From Octopus sinensis (taxonomy: Eukaryota): a stretch of 64,000 nucleotides of DNA. The stretch spans positions 10,850,001 to 10,914,000 of the forward strand of contig NC_043005.1 of the NCBI RefSeq assembly GCF_006345805.1, read 5' to 3'. The notes below the pieces were generated by a model. The model ran no database searches, had not been told where the DNA came from, and saw nothing but the letters and a program-made list of their open reading frames with translations. The position numbers and the translations under genes were made by a program. Of this stretch, positions 1-13,680 are shown piece by piece (position 1 is the stretch's first letter; every line of letters starts with the position of its first letter).

Positions 1-1478
1 TTCATTTTAAACAGAGGAAAGGAATTGTGACACTCCTCTACTGCCAAATACCTTCCTCATGAATTCTCTCAAGTTCACTGGAGTGGAAATAAAACTGGGT
101 CTGTTGGGACTTCTAAAATAAGGTAGTATTTGCAGATGGAATGGGATCTGACATATTCAGAATGGAGATGGGTGTTATCTGATAGTAGGTAAACAAGCAG
201 GTATCTTTTAGATGAAAGCTAACTTAAGTGTTATTTTTGACTTTATCTAAAGTTATCTTACAGTTTTGCAAATATTTTCTCACAGAAAATATTTGCCAAC
301 TAAATTATATTTAAATTTGAGTAGGATTTTGTTTATCATTGAAATTAAAGCAGTGTGCAGAATGTAAATTTCAGGATGTAGACCATACAGTTAATCAGAG
401 TACACAGCCACAATATAAAACTTGTTCCCCTACACACACCTTATGTTAATTGTGAAGCAATACTTTGCCTGAGATGCTCTTGGAATCTTGGATTCCTAAA
501 TTATATTCCTATTCAACTTAATAGCATTATTTTATCACAAGTTAGCTCTATGTTGGAATATTATCTAACAGTATTTGTAAAGGATTTTAAGCTTTCTAGT
601 GATATGAGGAGTCCTTTCTTGTTAAATAAACCTTTAGCTTGAAATTTTTAAATATCCTTTCTTGTTTTATTTCCTTTCAAAACCTTTCAAGTTTGTGTCT
701 GAATTTTTGCATGTGTTTATTTAGCAACATTTAAGTTTAATTAATTATTCTCATGAATAATTCAGTTATAGTGAATGTTTAGAACCCAAAATTTGATAAA
801 GGAATCTTTTGAATATATTTGATTTGTTTCCTGAAAGGAGGGAAAAAAATGTGGTTTGGCATATCTCTGTTCTGTTTCTTGTCTGTTTAGTGATGTTTAT
901 TAACAGTAAATCCAAATATTTAGAACCATCTAAGGGCAACCAACAACAGATGAATCCACTTTTGTCTAAGCCTGGAAGCAAGGACATTGTTTTTTACTGT
1001 CTTTGTAATAAAAGTGGTGATGTGAGAGAGAGAGATATGAGGAGATGCAGGAACTATTTAGCATAGGAGAAATCTGTTGGCTCATTTAATGAGTCCCCAT
1101 ACTTGCATAGGTTGGATGAAGATATATAATTGAGGTGTTGTTTCACTGCTGGATGCTTTCTCCTGTGCTAACCTCTACCTGTTTTTCAAGTAAGAGATAT
1201 TTAATCCATTTGTTTTCAAAAGCACTGAGCTCCAGGACAGTTTGTTGACTGGGGTTTGTCATTGCTTTTACTTCAGGGATTTCATACAAGGACATTGAAC
1301 AAGGTGAACATTCACATGGGAATAAAAGGAGCTAATTAGACATTTTATTGAGAGAGATGGTATTGCATATTGCAATGAGCATGTCTGAGCATGTGGTTGT
1401 TGATGGTAATATGTAATTTCTGAACTATCTATAAATAGTTTGGTGGGTAATTGTGCTTTGAATTCTATATCAATAAAA

Positions 1479-1870
1479 GGAGTGGCTGTGTAGTAAGTAG
1501 CTTGCTTACCAACCACATGGTTCTGGGTTCAGTCCCACTGCGTGGCATCTCGGGCAAGTGTCTTCTACTATAGCCTCGGGCCGACCAAAGCCTTGTGAGT
1601 GGATTTGGTAGACGGAAACTGAAAGAAGCCTGTCGTATATATGTATATATATGTATGTGTTTGTGTGTCTGTGTTTGTCCCCCCAACATCGCTTGACAAC
1701 CAATGCTGGTGTGTTTACGTCCCCGTAACTTAGCAGTTCGGCAAAAGAGACCGATAGAATAAGTACTAGGCTTACAAAGAATAAGTCCTGGGGTTGATTT
1801 GCTTGACTAAAAGGTGGTGCTCCAGCATGGCCACAGTCAAATGACTGAAACAAGTAAAAGAGAAAAGAGT
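1479..1870 (+). mobile_element. tRNA-derived SINE, family A, full length
   Basis: Head GGAGTGGCTGTGT..GGTTCAGTCCC (pol III A/B-box-like), internal (TA/TG)n, shared core and (AAAAGAGT)n tail; many copies in the window. Confidence 0.9.
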
Positions 1871-2089
1871 AAATTAAATTGTGTGTGAGGTTAATATTGA
1901 TTCATTGCTCTAAAATGTTAGTGGTTGAAACATTACCATTTTGTTTTCTTGTACTAGGGATGTGTTAGAAGAGGTTCAATCAGTTACTGTTTACTAGACT
2001 GCAATGACTGTGAAGTTAAAGTAATACATTACTAATCACAGTTATGCTACAACCATTGTTTTGTGTCTTAGGCTAAGGTACATTACTCA

Positions 2090-2296
2090 TGTTACCACGC
2101 TGGGCGAAATGCTCAGCGGTATTTCGTCTGTCGTTACATTGTGAGTTCAAATTCCGCCGAGGTCAACTTTGCCTTTCATCCTTTCGGGGTCGATAAATTA
2201 AGTACCAGTTACGCACTGGAGTCTATGTAATTGACTTAATCCCTTTGTCTGTCCCCTTTATGTTTAGCCCCTTGTGGGTAATAAAGAAATAGGTAC
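2090..2296 (+). mobile_element. SINE family B, 5'-truncated
   Basis: GAGTTCAAATTCCGCCGAGGTC..CCTTTCGGGGTCGATAAATTAAGTACC..AAAGAAATAGGTA shared with 37171, 50361 and 61868. Confidence 0.88.
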
Positions 2297-2845
2297 ATTA
2301 CTCCTTTTACATCAGATTGCCTAGCTGATAATAGAGTATATATTTAGTAGTCAGTCCAGCTGTAAAATATCTAAACATCTGCTCTAGCTGTTTGTAAATA
2401 TTCAAAATTGAAGGAACTTGACTGAGTTAGAAAGTTGAGTTAGGATACTGTGGGAAAAGAGGAATTTGACTTTTTCGAACTGCTCTTTCACCATCGGAAA
2501 AATGAATTTTCAAATAGAGAAAATATATATAGGGATTTTTCAAGGATTTCATATAAAGACATGGAAGTTTTCCTTAACAAAGGTTATTTAGCCGGGTCAA
2601 AACTGATCCAACAACCCTATGGTTAGGAGTATTCCAAACTTTATCTTACTTCCTTTTATTTCAGTCTGTTTATTTTGGACTATATTATCTAGTGGTCTTT
2701 ATTTTTTCACTCATTTGGCATGCTGTGTCACCACTTTGCAGGTGTCCCTGCATGCTGAACAAATCAACCCCAGTGCCCCACTCCTCCCTTTTTTAATTGA
2801 AGGTTAGTCCTTATTCTATCAGTCTCTCTTTGCTGACCTACTAGA

Positions 2846-3090
2846 TTATGGGGATATAAACAAACCAACACTGGCTCTCAAGCAGTGATGGTGGACAAAC
2901 ACAAGTACATGCATGCACACACATACACACACACTCACACATGCACATATATATACACTGTATGCTTCTTGAAGTTTCTGTCTGCCAAATCTACTCCCAA
3001 AGCGTTTTTCAGCCCAGAAATGTAGTAGAAGACACTTGCTCAAGCTGCCATGCAGTGGGATTAAACCCAGAGCCATATGGTTGGGAAGCA
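2846..3090 (-). mobile_element. Degenerate SINE family A fragment
   Basis: Diverged reverse-complement similarity to the family A 5' half. Confidence 0.65.
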
Positions 3091-3094
3091 GATA

Positions 3095-3481
3095 TACTCT
3101 CTCTTTACTCTTTTACTTGCTTCAGTCATTTTGACTGCGGCCATGCTGGAGCACCGCCTTTAGTCAAGCGAATCGACCCCGGGACTTATTCTTTGTTACT
3201 CCAGTACTTATTCTATCGGTCTCTTTTGCCGAACCGCTAAGTGACGGGGACGTAAACACACCAGCATCGGTTGTCAAGCAATGCTAGGGGGACAAACACA
3301 GACACACATACATATATACAACAGGCTTCTTTCAGTTTCCATCTACCAAATCCACTCACAAGGCATTGGTCAGCCTGGGGCTATAGCAGAAGGCACTTGC
3401 CCATGATGCTACGCAGTGGGACTGAACCTGGAACCATGTGGTTGGTAAGCAAGCTACTTACCACACAGCCACTCCTGCGCC
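3095..3481 (-). mobile_element. SINE family A, full length
   Basis: Reverse complement of the 1479-1870 family. Confidence 0.9.
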
Positions 3482-3830
3482 TATCTTAACAATATATGCA
3501 GACGTGTGTGTGTGTGTGTGTGTGTATGTATAAAAGGATGCGTGGCGTTCAATCATAGAATAATATAAATATATATAAATATACATACATATATTTACAT
3601 ACCTACATATATATGTATATATACATGCATAGATGGGTACAGGACATCAAAAAACAAGACAGGATGAGAAACACACACACAGATGTGGGAGGTAGGGCAT
3701 GATTTGAGGAGGATATCACTGATTCTTCTAGCAGGTTAAATGATCACATTTTCTTATTTAGTTTACTTAGAAATAACTTGTTACGATTATAAGAACTTTT
3801 GCAGAAGACAGATCAAATTATGTAAACATG

Positions 3831-3898
3831 GCACCTTGGGCAAGTGACCAAAGCCTTGTGAGTGGATTTGGTAGACAGAACCTGGAAGAAGCCCGTCG

Positions 3899-3937
<39 letters not shown>

Positions 3938-4140
3938 ATATGTTTGTGTGTCTATTTGTCCCCCCAACATCGCTTGACAACCGATGATGGTGTGTTTACG
4001 TCGGAGAAAGGAACCGATAGAATAAGTTACAAGGCTTACAAAGAATAAGTTCTGGGGTCGATTTGTTCGACTAAAGGTGGTGCTCCAGCATGGCCGCAGT
4101 CAAATGACTGAAACAAATAAAAGAAAAGAAAAGAAAAGAA
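3831..4140 (+). mobile_element. SINE family A, truncated/internally deleted
   Basis: Family A core with (AAAAG)n tail. Confidence 0.85.
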
Positions 4141-4508
4141 TGAATACAAAATAAGTACATAATTACAGTTTAGTGTGTCCTCTGATTTTTCTCTTATAAT
4201 TTCCTGGAAAATGCAAATTTTTAAATGAAATTTTGTCAGAAATACATTTTCGAGAGTGTAATGTATGATTAAATTGATAAAATATAGGTGACAAAAGATT
4301 ATGGAGGTGTGTTTTAGATAATACTTTCCCCATCCTCCAAATTTATTATCAGCATTTTCATTTCTTTCTTTCAAATTTAGCAGTTTGAAGTATCAACGTT
4401 ACTTAATCTACACTCTTGGAAACGTATCTCTGCACAGTGTCATTTATAAATATACATTTTAAAGAGCTGTAAGGGAACAAAGTCAGAAGAAGAAGGGTGA
4501 GGTGCGGG

Positions 4509-4902
4509 TTACTCTTTTACTTGTTTCAGTCATTTGACTGCGGCCATGCTGGAGCACCACCTTTAGTCGACCAAATCGACCCCCGGGACTTATTCTTTGT
4601 AAGCCTAGTACTTATTCTATCGTCTCTTTTGCCGAACCGCTAAGTGACGGGGACATAAACACACCAGCATCAGTTGTCAAGCAATGCTAGGGGGACAAAC
4701 ACAGACACACATATACATATATATATATATATATACATATATACGACGGTCTTCTTTCAGTTTCCGTCTACCAAATCCACTCACAAGGCATTGGTCGGCC
4801 CGGGGCTATAGCAGAAGACACTCGCCCAAGATGCCACGCAGTGGGACTGAACCCGGAACCATGTGGTTGGTTAGCAAGCTACTTACCACACAGCCACTCC
4901 TG
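4509..4902 (-). mobile_element. SINE family A, full length
   Basis: Reverse complement of family A. Confidence 0.9.
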
Positions 4903-5139
4903 AGCCTTGGGGGTGTTTTAAAAACTTCTCATAAAATGAAGGATATCTTTTGTTTTTGTTTTTTAATTTATCAACCTAATCCTAATATACAATCTTGAAA
5001 ATGTATCTCTGCAAAATATCACAGAAATCAGTATTTTCCCCTGAAAATTGTGAGGAAACAAAGTTAGCAGAGCACCAAATGGTATTTAAGCCACAATAAG
5101 TGTAGTGCGCTAAAATAGTGGAGTTTTACAGGAAATATG

Positions 5140-5378
5140 TAAGGTTTGTTTATGTGTGTGTCTGTGTTTGCTCCCCAACCATGACTTGACAACCAATGTT
5201 TGTGTGCTTACATCTCCATAACTTAGTGGTTTGGCAAAAGATTTCGATAGAATAAATACTAGGCCTACAAAAAATAAGTCCTGGTGTTGATTTCTTCAAC
5301 TAAAAAAAAAAACCCTGTATGGTGGTTGCTCCAGCATGGCCAGAGTCAGAAATGACTGAAACCAGTAAAAGAATAAAA
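5140..5378 (+). mobile_element. Degenerate SINE family A 3' half
   Basis: Diverged core (ttgacaaccaatg..gatagaataaatactaggc..ctccagcatggc). Confidence 0.75.
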
Positions 5379-5635
5379 CTATACATATTTACCCCCAGAT
5401 GAACCTACTTCAGGGCAAGAGGTGCAAATGAGAGTAGCTATATCAAACTCCATTCTTCACCAAGTGCCACATATTAGACAAGGTTCTTCGCAATAGCAGT
5501 GTAGCACAAAACGGCGGTGCATCAGCATGGCCACAACTCTGAGCTGAAACCAGAGAAAAAAAAATATATATATGTATATACATATGTGTATATATATATG
5601 TGTATATATGTATATATATATATGTGTATATATAT

Positions 5636-5672
<37 letters not shown>

Positions 5673-7170
5673 GTGTATATATATATGTGTGTGTGTATAT
5701 ATTTTTATGGATTCTTAGAACCTTTAGAACTCTATAATACTTCATAACAAGCAAAAATGCTAATTCTAAAATCTAAGAGATAAATGCAGTAGTTGTACTA
5801 ACAGGAAATGTTTGTAGCCACTTCAACATGGCTGTCCATTCGGATTTTTTTATCCGAAGAGAACATCTCTCTAGCTAGTTAACGATGCACAGCTGCATCC
5901 GATATCTCGCAAGCAATATATCGAATGCAGATATTACAACTATTGGGGTTTAAAAATTGCACTAAAGTTTGTTTGAAGGGACAGCCCTGTTGAAGAAGTG
6001 GCTGAGAAAATTATTTCATATAACAGATAGTCCTGTTAACCAGACATCCTTTCTACTTGATTGGTCATCTTTCAGCTTTGGTGCTGCCAAGCAGTGTTTG
6101 TATATCTAGGGAGAGGAAGATGTAAAGTGAACTTTGTGTCACCTCAACATTGTGTATGTCTGTGTGTGATGGGTTGGGTATTTGAGCCACTGGGCAGACC
6201 AAAATTGCTGTCTTATTTTATTGAAGAGATATCTGTTCTTTTCATTTCATGGCTGACTGGCTCCAAGTGTAGAAGAAAGTTCTAGTTGAAAACCATCTGC
6301 TTCATTAATGTTAGGATCTGAGTACCCAAGTCACACATGTTGTTGCCTGGAAAAACAAATGTAAAAACAGATGAGAAATATAAAATAGCACTTGTGACAG
6401 TTTTATTTCTGATATAGGTGGGACAATCTCTTTCTTTACTATTGACCCAATGATGGCAGCTACTGTCTGAAGACTTGTTGCTTTCAATTTTTTACTTTCT
6501 GTCTTGATTTCTTAAGCTTTCTTTGCCTTATTTTCCTATTAAATGTGAATACAACAGCAGGTAGCCTCTTTATGTTTTCTCAACCTGCTAGAAATAGCAG
6601 CTAAATCATCCTTAAACTACATCGTACCATCTTAAATATAGGAACAATGGAGTAAATATTGTGGTCCCATATACCACTAAGAGGATGCCATGGTTGAAAT
6701 AGAGTTAACCTGGGTTTAAATTGCAACAGGAACAGCTTAAATGGGACATCCATTCTTTTTCCAGAGGTATTAGTGGAATAAACAGCAAGAGTCATAATAG
6801 CCTAACCTGCCTTATACCCTGTTGAAAATGATTTAAAAAAAAAAAATAAGTTGGGGTAATGGATCTTAAAATGTTTAAATTTACTAAGATTCAAATTTTC
6901 AAAAAATTCTTTGAGTTTATATTAATTTTATTATTTGTACTACATTTCTTTATGGTCATCATCATTTTTACATCTACTTTTCCCAGCTAGTATGGGTTGG
7001 ATGAGACTTAAAGGCAGTGTTCTATTGTCAAATATAAATCCTGCTACTTTTTACTTTGGTCTTTCAAATGATGATCAACTCATGGTGTAAATGTTTTACA
7101 GCACATCTATGCAGTGACATTATTTTTACACAGTGTCTAAACAATGCCAAGACTCAAGTCTGAAGACATG

Positions 7171-7208
<38 letters not shown>

Positions 7209-7715
7209 TACTCTACAGACTTCTGTACTTCTATTATTTTCACCCACAAAACATTGGTCAGCTGGAGTTTATAGTAGAAAATACTAAATCATAGTGCCAC
7301 TCTGGGAATGAACTTGAAACCATGTAGTCGTGATATGAACTTCGTAATTACATGGCCATCCATATGATGATTTTTTAATATATCTAGTGTACTTAGTATA
7401 AATTTTGTATTTTGCGCAGCCCAGCTTTCAGATTAAGAGAAAGAAAAGGCCTTAATTGTTCTTCTTGTTGTTTAGCCTTAGTTATCTTTGATTGAGCACT
7501 CCTATTGATCATCACTGTTGAAGACTAGCCTATCATTTCGTATATCAGACTACATTTTTAGTATAGTAAGATATAATTTGAAGAAATTTAACTGTTATTT
7601 CTGGTTGGTCAAGCACTCAATTTAGAGGCTCCCACATTGACTCAGATTCTTTAACTAATATGGTTGAGTGTGGGGTGAATCAAAACTGCTTAAAAAAAAC
7701 CTTACCTGTGATAAG

Positions 7716-8100
7716 TAGCTTGCTAACCAACCACATGGTTCGGGGTTCAGTCCCACTGCGTACATCTTGGGCAAGTGTCTTCTGCTATAGCCCCGGGCCG
7801 ACCAATGCCTTGTGAGTGGATTTGATAGACGGAAACTGAAAGAAGCCTGTCATATATATGTATATATACATAAGTGTGTGTGTATATGTTTGTGTGTCTG
7901 TGTTTGTCCCCCTAGCATTGCTTGACAACTGATGCTGGTGTGTTTACGTACCCGTCACTTAGCGGTTCAGCAAAAGAAACTGATAGAATAAGTACTGGGC
8001 TTACAAAAGAATAAGTCCCGGAGTTACTTGATTAAAGGCGGTGCTCCAGCATGGCCGCAGTCAAATGACTGAAACAAGTAAAAGAGTAAAAGAGTAAAGA
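7716..8100 (+). mobile_element. SINE family A
   Basis: Near full-length family A copy with (AAAAGAGT)n tail. Confidence 0.9.
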
Positions 8101-8183
8101 GATAAATAATTTCATAGAGACTGTAGAGGAAGGCTTGTTTGTGTTAATTTTTGCTCCTGTTACTACTTCTTGTTCCTTAACAG

Positions 8184-8207
8184 TGGTGCCCACATTCCAC
8201 CCAAAGT
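8184..8207 (+). CDS. Candidate 24-nt microexon in the FN1-FN2 linker ((x)VPTFHPK)
   Basis: Pyrimidine tract + ttaacag acceptor, AGT|gtatgt donor, frame-preserving and stop-free if the upstream intron is phase 1; no transcript evidence. Confidence 0.4.
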
Positions 8208-9915
8208 GTATGTCACCATTACATTGACATCATCAACATAATACTGGCCTGGTTGTCTTGCATCTCTGTTTGAACAGGAAGCCTGTCCATACAATAACCC
8301 CCCCCCCCGCCATATCTTAAGAGAGGAATGCAAGTGAATTGCTTGGCTGTGGTTCTTATTTCAGCTGCTGAGGGCCCAAACGTAAAAGCTAACCCCAGCT
8401 GGATTTGAACTCCTATAAATAAAGGAATGTATGTTGTATGCTGCAAGGGGATTTATTGTGATGCTCTGCTAATTTTAGTGCATAATAATATTTTTAACTT
8501 TGGCACCTAACCATAAATTTTCAGAATATGATGTAATAAGTTAATTCACCCATTCGTATTTGTTTTATTAATTCTGGAGAGTCTTAGAGAAGATTATATC
8601 GATTGCAACTAACTACAGCAAGTTTAAATACCTGTATGTGTTTCTTTTTGTTGGCCCTGAGGCAGTTTTTAATTAACATCAAGAAATGTGATATCATCCT
8701 CTTTCACTACAGATATTATCCTATTTTGGGAATATTTTATCTCAATATAGCTTTTAATTAACTTTTTTCCTTTCTAATTTAACAGTAACATCAGTAATAA
8801 CATATTCCGGTTGGATTTGTTTGTTTTTAATTTTTATGAAATGAAATTATTATACTTATTAAAAATGTAAACATAGTAGAGGAGGGGGAGTAAAATTCAT
8901 TATTGATTGTAGTTTATTGTGTGTAATGAAGAAATGGTTGATGTCAAAATGTGTGTTCACTATATAGCATCTTCATGAGAGTTTCCTATTTCCTTAGCAA
9001 TAAATTCAGTTATTACTTGTTATGGAAGACTGTTCTGAAAACATCACTGCAGGAAAATTTATTCAAACTTGGAAAATCTCCAAAAAGGCAGTTCCGATAT
9101 AATTTGTTTTAAGATCGGATTAGTGGACATGCATATGGAAATAAATGAAGTAAAACATTTTAGCATGACATTGTTACAATTACAAAGAATTTTTCATTTT
9201 TATTTTTATGGTAAAGGTAAAAGATTAAAAAATAATGTCTAGAATGATTGTATATTTTCTATCGAGTTATCTGTTTATGCATAGGAGAAACCTTATACAA
9301 TTTTTTTTAAATGTCACACTCTTATCAGTAAACTGGGTTTTCCTTTTTCAAGAAAACCACCATTTTATTTTGATTTTTTAAAATTAATTTATGTTATCAA
9401 TTTTTTGGCAAATCTTTTTTTCAAGAACCAGTTCTCTCTTATCTTTTGTTATATTTCTGTTGAAATATGCTGACTTTGTTTCAATTAACTGAAGAATTTA
9501 AAACTAAAATAATTTGGTCATTAAGTCGGTGTTTGCAACAAATTAACATAAAAATTTTGATAGAAGGTCTTTAACTTATGGTACAAACAGGAAGGTTGGT
9601 ATCAAAAGAGCCAATGTCATTGCTTGGTGCTATCTTGTGACTTCATGATTTTGCTTTCCTGAAAATTGGTGATAATTTTTTGAGTCCTTTGCCAATATAT
9701 TTACATTTTTTAAATTAGCTAATAATTCCTATCAGTGGACTTGTTGTTCACTTCTGTCTCACCTTAGTTTATAATGTTTATCTAATATCAGTTATATTAA
9801 CCATTAATTAACTTAAGAGTATTGATGTTTTAGTAGAGAAATTATACTAGTGTTCATTTATGTCATTTAAAATGATGTGATTGTTAACCAACTGTTTTTT
9901 CCTTTAAACTTTCAG

Positions 9916-10016
9916 CCCCAGGAACAGCTCCAAGGAATTTGCGTGGAAGAGCTGCTAGTGCAACCACCATATCTTTGGAATGGCAAGAACCCGAAATTCC
10001 GAATGGAATAATTGAG
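9916..10016 (+). CDS. Lar: LAR-family receptor tyrosine phosphatase, exon encoding N-terminal half of FN3 repeat 2
   Basis: ttcag|CC acceptor and GAG|gtaagc donor; translates (x)PGTAPRNLRGRAASATTISLEWQEPEIPNGIIE, matching LAR FN2 ([34 protein letters not shown]); phase 1 start, phase 0 end. Confidence 0.93.
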
Positions 10017-11169
10017 GTAAGCTTAGCAAAATGCTATTTTATTAATCTCTCAGGTGAATTTCAATTCAGAGAATCCCCCCCACACTTTCCATTTCTCTCT
10101 CTCTCTCTCTTTCTTTCACTCGCACACAGACACAGTCATGGCTTTTTAACTTCTCAGGCTCTGGAGAAGAAATGTGATGTCATTTTATAGACTGACTCTT
10201 CATTTCCAGATCTTAAAGATATGCCCATGTTTCATCCCACATCACCATATCAGAAAACCATATTTTCATTGGCTTCAAACACTTACCAGCATATCAGAGT
10301 TGACATCCACCCCCTTTTCCTGCAGACCAGATGTCAACTGCCCAGACACTGGCCCCCGCATACACTTCCTGAACTTCTGTAATGCAATTGTGATGACAGT
10401 TCACTTGTGCAGCAAATCATTTTATCTACTCAATGGTAATTTTGTGTCACCTCTCATTGGTGGTGGTCACCTACTCTGTGGCTTGTCTTCAATGCTGGTT
10501 TCCTCTTCTTATATTTCATCCATCTTGCACATTGTCCTTGTTAATGGTGTCAGTTTTCATAAACAAGCTGTAGCTCCTGCAATGGATGTTGGACAATCTG
10601 CTCCCTATCTTTATCAAGAGCTCAATACTAGAACATTGCCTCTACTTGGAAACCATTATTTGCTTGTCATAACGAACAAGAAAAGTCATTACAGAGGAAT
10701 AGTTATCTCAACAATATATACAGTCTGAATAGCTTATGTTAGTTGCATTATTTTGTGTTTGTTTGTGTGTAAAGCTTTAGTGTTAGGAAGGGCATCCAGC
10801 TATAGAAACTATCCAAAACTGAGACACTGGAGCAAGATGTGGCCCTCTGATTTGGTGGATCCTGTCAAAACATCCTCCCCATGGCAGCATGGAAAGTAGA
10901 CCCAAAGATGATGATGATGATATATGCATGTGTGCAAGCATGCACGTGATGGGCTTCTACAGAGACGTACCCCCCCCACACACACACACACAAAAAAAAA
11001 GATTCCATTCAAAAGACATGGTAGATGACACTTGTTCACAGTGTCTCTTATGGTTGAAGACACTTAAAATGCTGCACAGTATCACTGAATATTCTCTTCA
11101 CATGCCCTAATAAGGTCAATCTTGTTGACTTTGAAACTGCCACATGTTTTCAAGTAAGTTACAGACACA

Positions 11170-11400
11170 CTGGACTTGACCCTGTGTAGAGATCATTCAG
11201 TGCTATGGAGCCAAAACCTGGGCTGTGAAGGAAGAATCTTGATGGCACACACACCAGGCTTTTGATGAAGGTTTAAAGCATAATTTGCTTTAAACACAAG
11301 ACAAAGGTTTTATGGACACATTTCACCCATCTCTGCTAATGTTGGTCAACACAACAGGCTTTACTGGCCGCTGCTTTCATAACATCTTAAAGACTTAGTT
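11170..11400 (+). mobile_element. Degraded RTE-like LINE ORF2 fragment
   Basis: Remnant YGAKTWAV motif; appears related to the better-preserved fragment at 50545-50760. Confidence 0.5.
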
Positions 11401-11667
11401 GTGATATATAGATTGTATAAGCTTCAGTTTTATGAAGTCAGAAAAAGGTACTTTTTAAAAATTAATTTAGGAAATTTATCCTACATTAGAGTAATAAAAT
11501 TTATCATACGTTGGTCACTGAAATAGAAATATGATTAAAATTAGAGGTTTCTTAATTCTTTTATTAATACAGTCTTAAAGTACTGACCATTATGTTTTGG
11601 GCTTTGTTTTTGCTGTATAATTTTTCTTTAGACCTTTTCCTGTTGTGACTTGTTAGAGTAACAACAG

Positions 11668-11716
<49 letters not shown>

Positions 11717-12295
11717 AATCCCTAGTGTCAATGTACAAATTAACTCTGGAATTGTGGACTAGTGAATTCTAGGGTGTTTCATACTGACAGTGTTCACCAT
11801 TATGATTTTGGCTTACACACATATTGCACATATGTCACCACCCCTGCCCCTTAAAGGAAAAATAAACTACTCCCTTCCTTTTTCACTGAACAGAAGGTCT
11901 TCTATTTTCACTTTTGTTAATATTCAAATGTCTAAGTGAAGGAGACGTTAACTAATGTTTTTGTTATTGGCTTTGTTTCTTCTACATCAGAACTACATTT
12001 TCTGTCAAGTACATTTATAATCATGTCTGAAATCTTGCAGTTTTCTGTTTTTTGTTTTTTAAAAAGCTCTATACTATATATATTATTTTGAACTACAAAG
12101 CCTGCAATATAATTAGAACAATACTTTATTTGCAAATTAAATATTGTTCCCCAAAAAAACCCATTGATATAAATTTTAGATTCTGATTGCTTTCTTACGT
12201 TATATACTTGTTGCGTTTTTAGTGAAATAGACTAGGCTAAAAAAAACTATTTGATATTTGACTGACTGTACTTTGAGTAGGTATTTCACTAGTGT

Positions 12296-12667
12296 GGAGG
12301 CGCAATGGCCCAGTGGTTAGGGCAGCGGACTCGCGGTTTCGATTCCAAGACCGGGCGTTGTGAGTGTTTATTGAGTGAAAACACCTAAAGCTCCACGAGG
12401 CTCCGGCAGGGGATGGTGGTGATCCCTGCTGTACTCTTTCACCACAACTTTCTCTCACTCTTACTTCCTGTTTCTGTTGTACCCGTATTTCAAAGGGCCG
12501 GCCTTGTCACTCTCTGTGTCATGCTGAATATCCCCGAGAACTACGTTAAGGGTACACGTGTCTGTGGAGTGCTCAGCCACTTACACGTTAATTTCACGAG
12601 CAGGCTGTTCCGTTGATTCGGATCAACCGGAACCCGCGTCGTCGTAACCGACGGAGTGCTTCCATCC
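12296..12667 (+). mobile_element. tRNA-derived SINE family C with 11-bp target-site duplication
   Basis: A box TGGCCCAGTGG, B box GGTTTCGATTCC, (CCAT)n tail; TSD ATTTCACTAGT at 12283-12293 and 12668-12678. Confidence 0.92.
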
Positions 12668-13025
12668 ATTTCACTAGTATGTACCAATTCTAATGCTAGT
12701 GCTTCTTGATGTTTCTTATGAAACCTAGAGCTATTCCCCAGTGCCATTGATTGAACACAATGCATGAATCGAACCAAAATGACTGCTAGTCTTTCTGTTA
12801 GCAAAGAAAGATAAATTAGAAAGAACTTCTGAACTACACAATTTTACAATCATATTATACAGGTTTCAGTCCCATTGGGTTGAATCTTAGGCAAGTGTTT
12901 TGTTTCATAGCACTGAGCCAACCAGTGTCTTGTGTGTGGAACATGTTGACAGGAGCTGCATCGAAACCCACTGTATTTGTTTGTGTGTATGCAAGAGGGG
13001 ATACATGCACAGATTCTTTCATTTC

Positions 13026-13250
13026 TTTTTTACTTGTTTCAGTCATTTGACTGCAGCCTTCCTGACGCACCACCTTTAGTTGAACAAATCTACCCCCAGG
13101 GCTTATTCTTTGTAAGCCTGGTACTTAATCTATTGGTCTGTTTTGCCGAACTGCTAAGTTACAGAGGGACATAAACACACCAACATTGGTTATCAAGTGA
13201 TGGTGGAGGGACAAACACAGACACACAAATACATATATATATATATATAT
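13026..13250 (-). mobile_element. SINE family A 3' half
   Basis: Reverse-complement core and tail. Confidence 0.8.
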
Positions 13251-13414
13251 GTATAAATATGAAATATCAATTAGTATCATTATTTTTATACTTTTTGGGA
13301 AAAAAAAATGTATATTATATTTTATATTAATTATATTAATATTATTTGTTATTTATGTATTGGTTTATGTCTATCACTGTTTGAGTTGCCTAATAGTGGT
13401 TTTATCTCTAATTC

Positions 13415-13680
13415 ATCATCATCATCATCATCATCATTTAGCGTCCGTTTTCCATGCTAGCATGGGTTGGACGGTTCAACTGGGGTCTGTGAAGCTGGAA
13501 GGCTTCATCAGGCCCAGTCAGATCTGGCAGTGTTTCTACGGCTGGATGCCCTTCCTAACGCCAACCACTCCGTGAGTGTAGTGGCTGCTTTTTACGTGCC
13601 ACCCGCACAGGTGCCAGACAGAGCTGGCAAATGGCCACGAACGGATGGTGCTTTTACGTGTCACCAGCACGGGGGCCAGA
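13415..13680 (-). mobile_element. SINE family D with (ATG)n tail
   Basis: (CAT)n followed by ttagcgtccgttttccatgctagcatggg..ggatgcccttcctaacgccaacc; copies at 21408, 35500 and 44454. Confidence 0.85.

Noticed and set aside
12296-12370. tRNA-like sequence with A/B boxes
   Set aside because: It is the head of a SINE (has body, tail and TSD), not a tRNA gene
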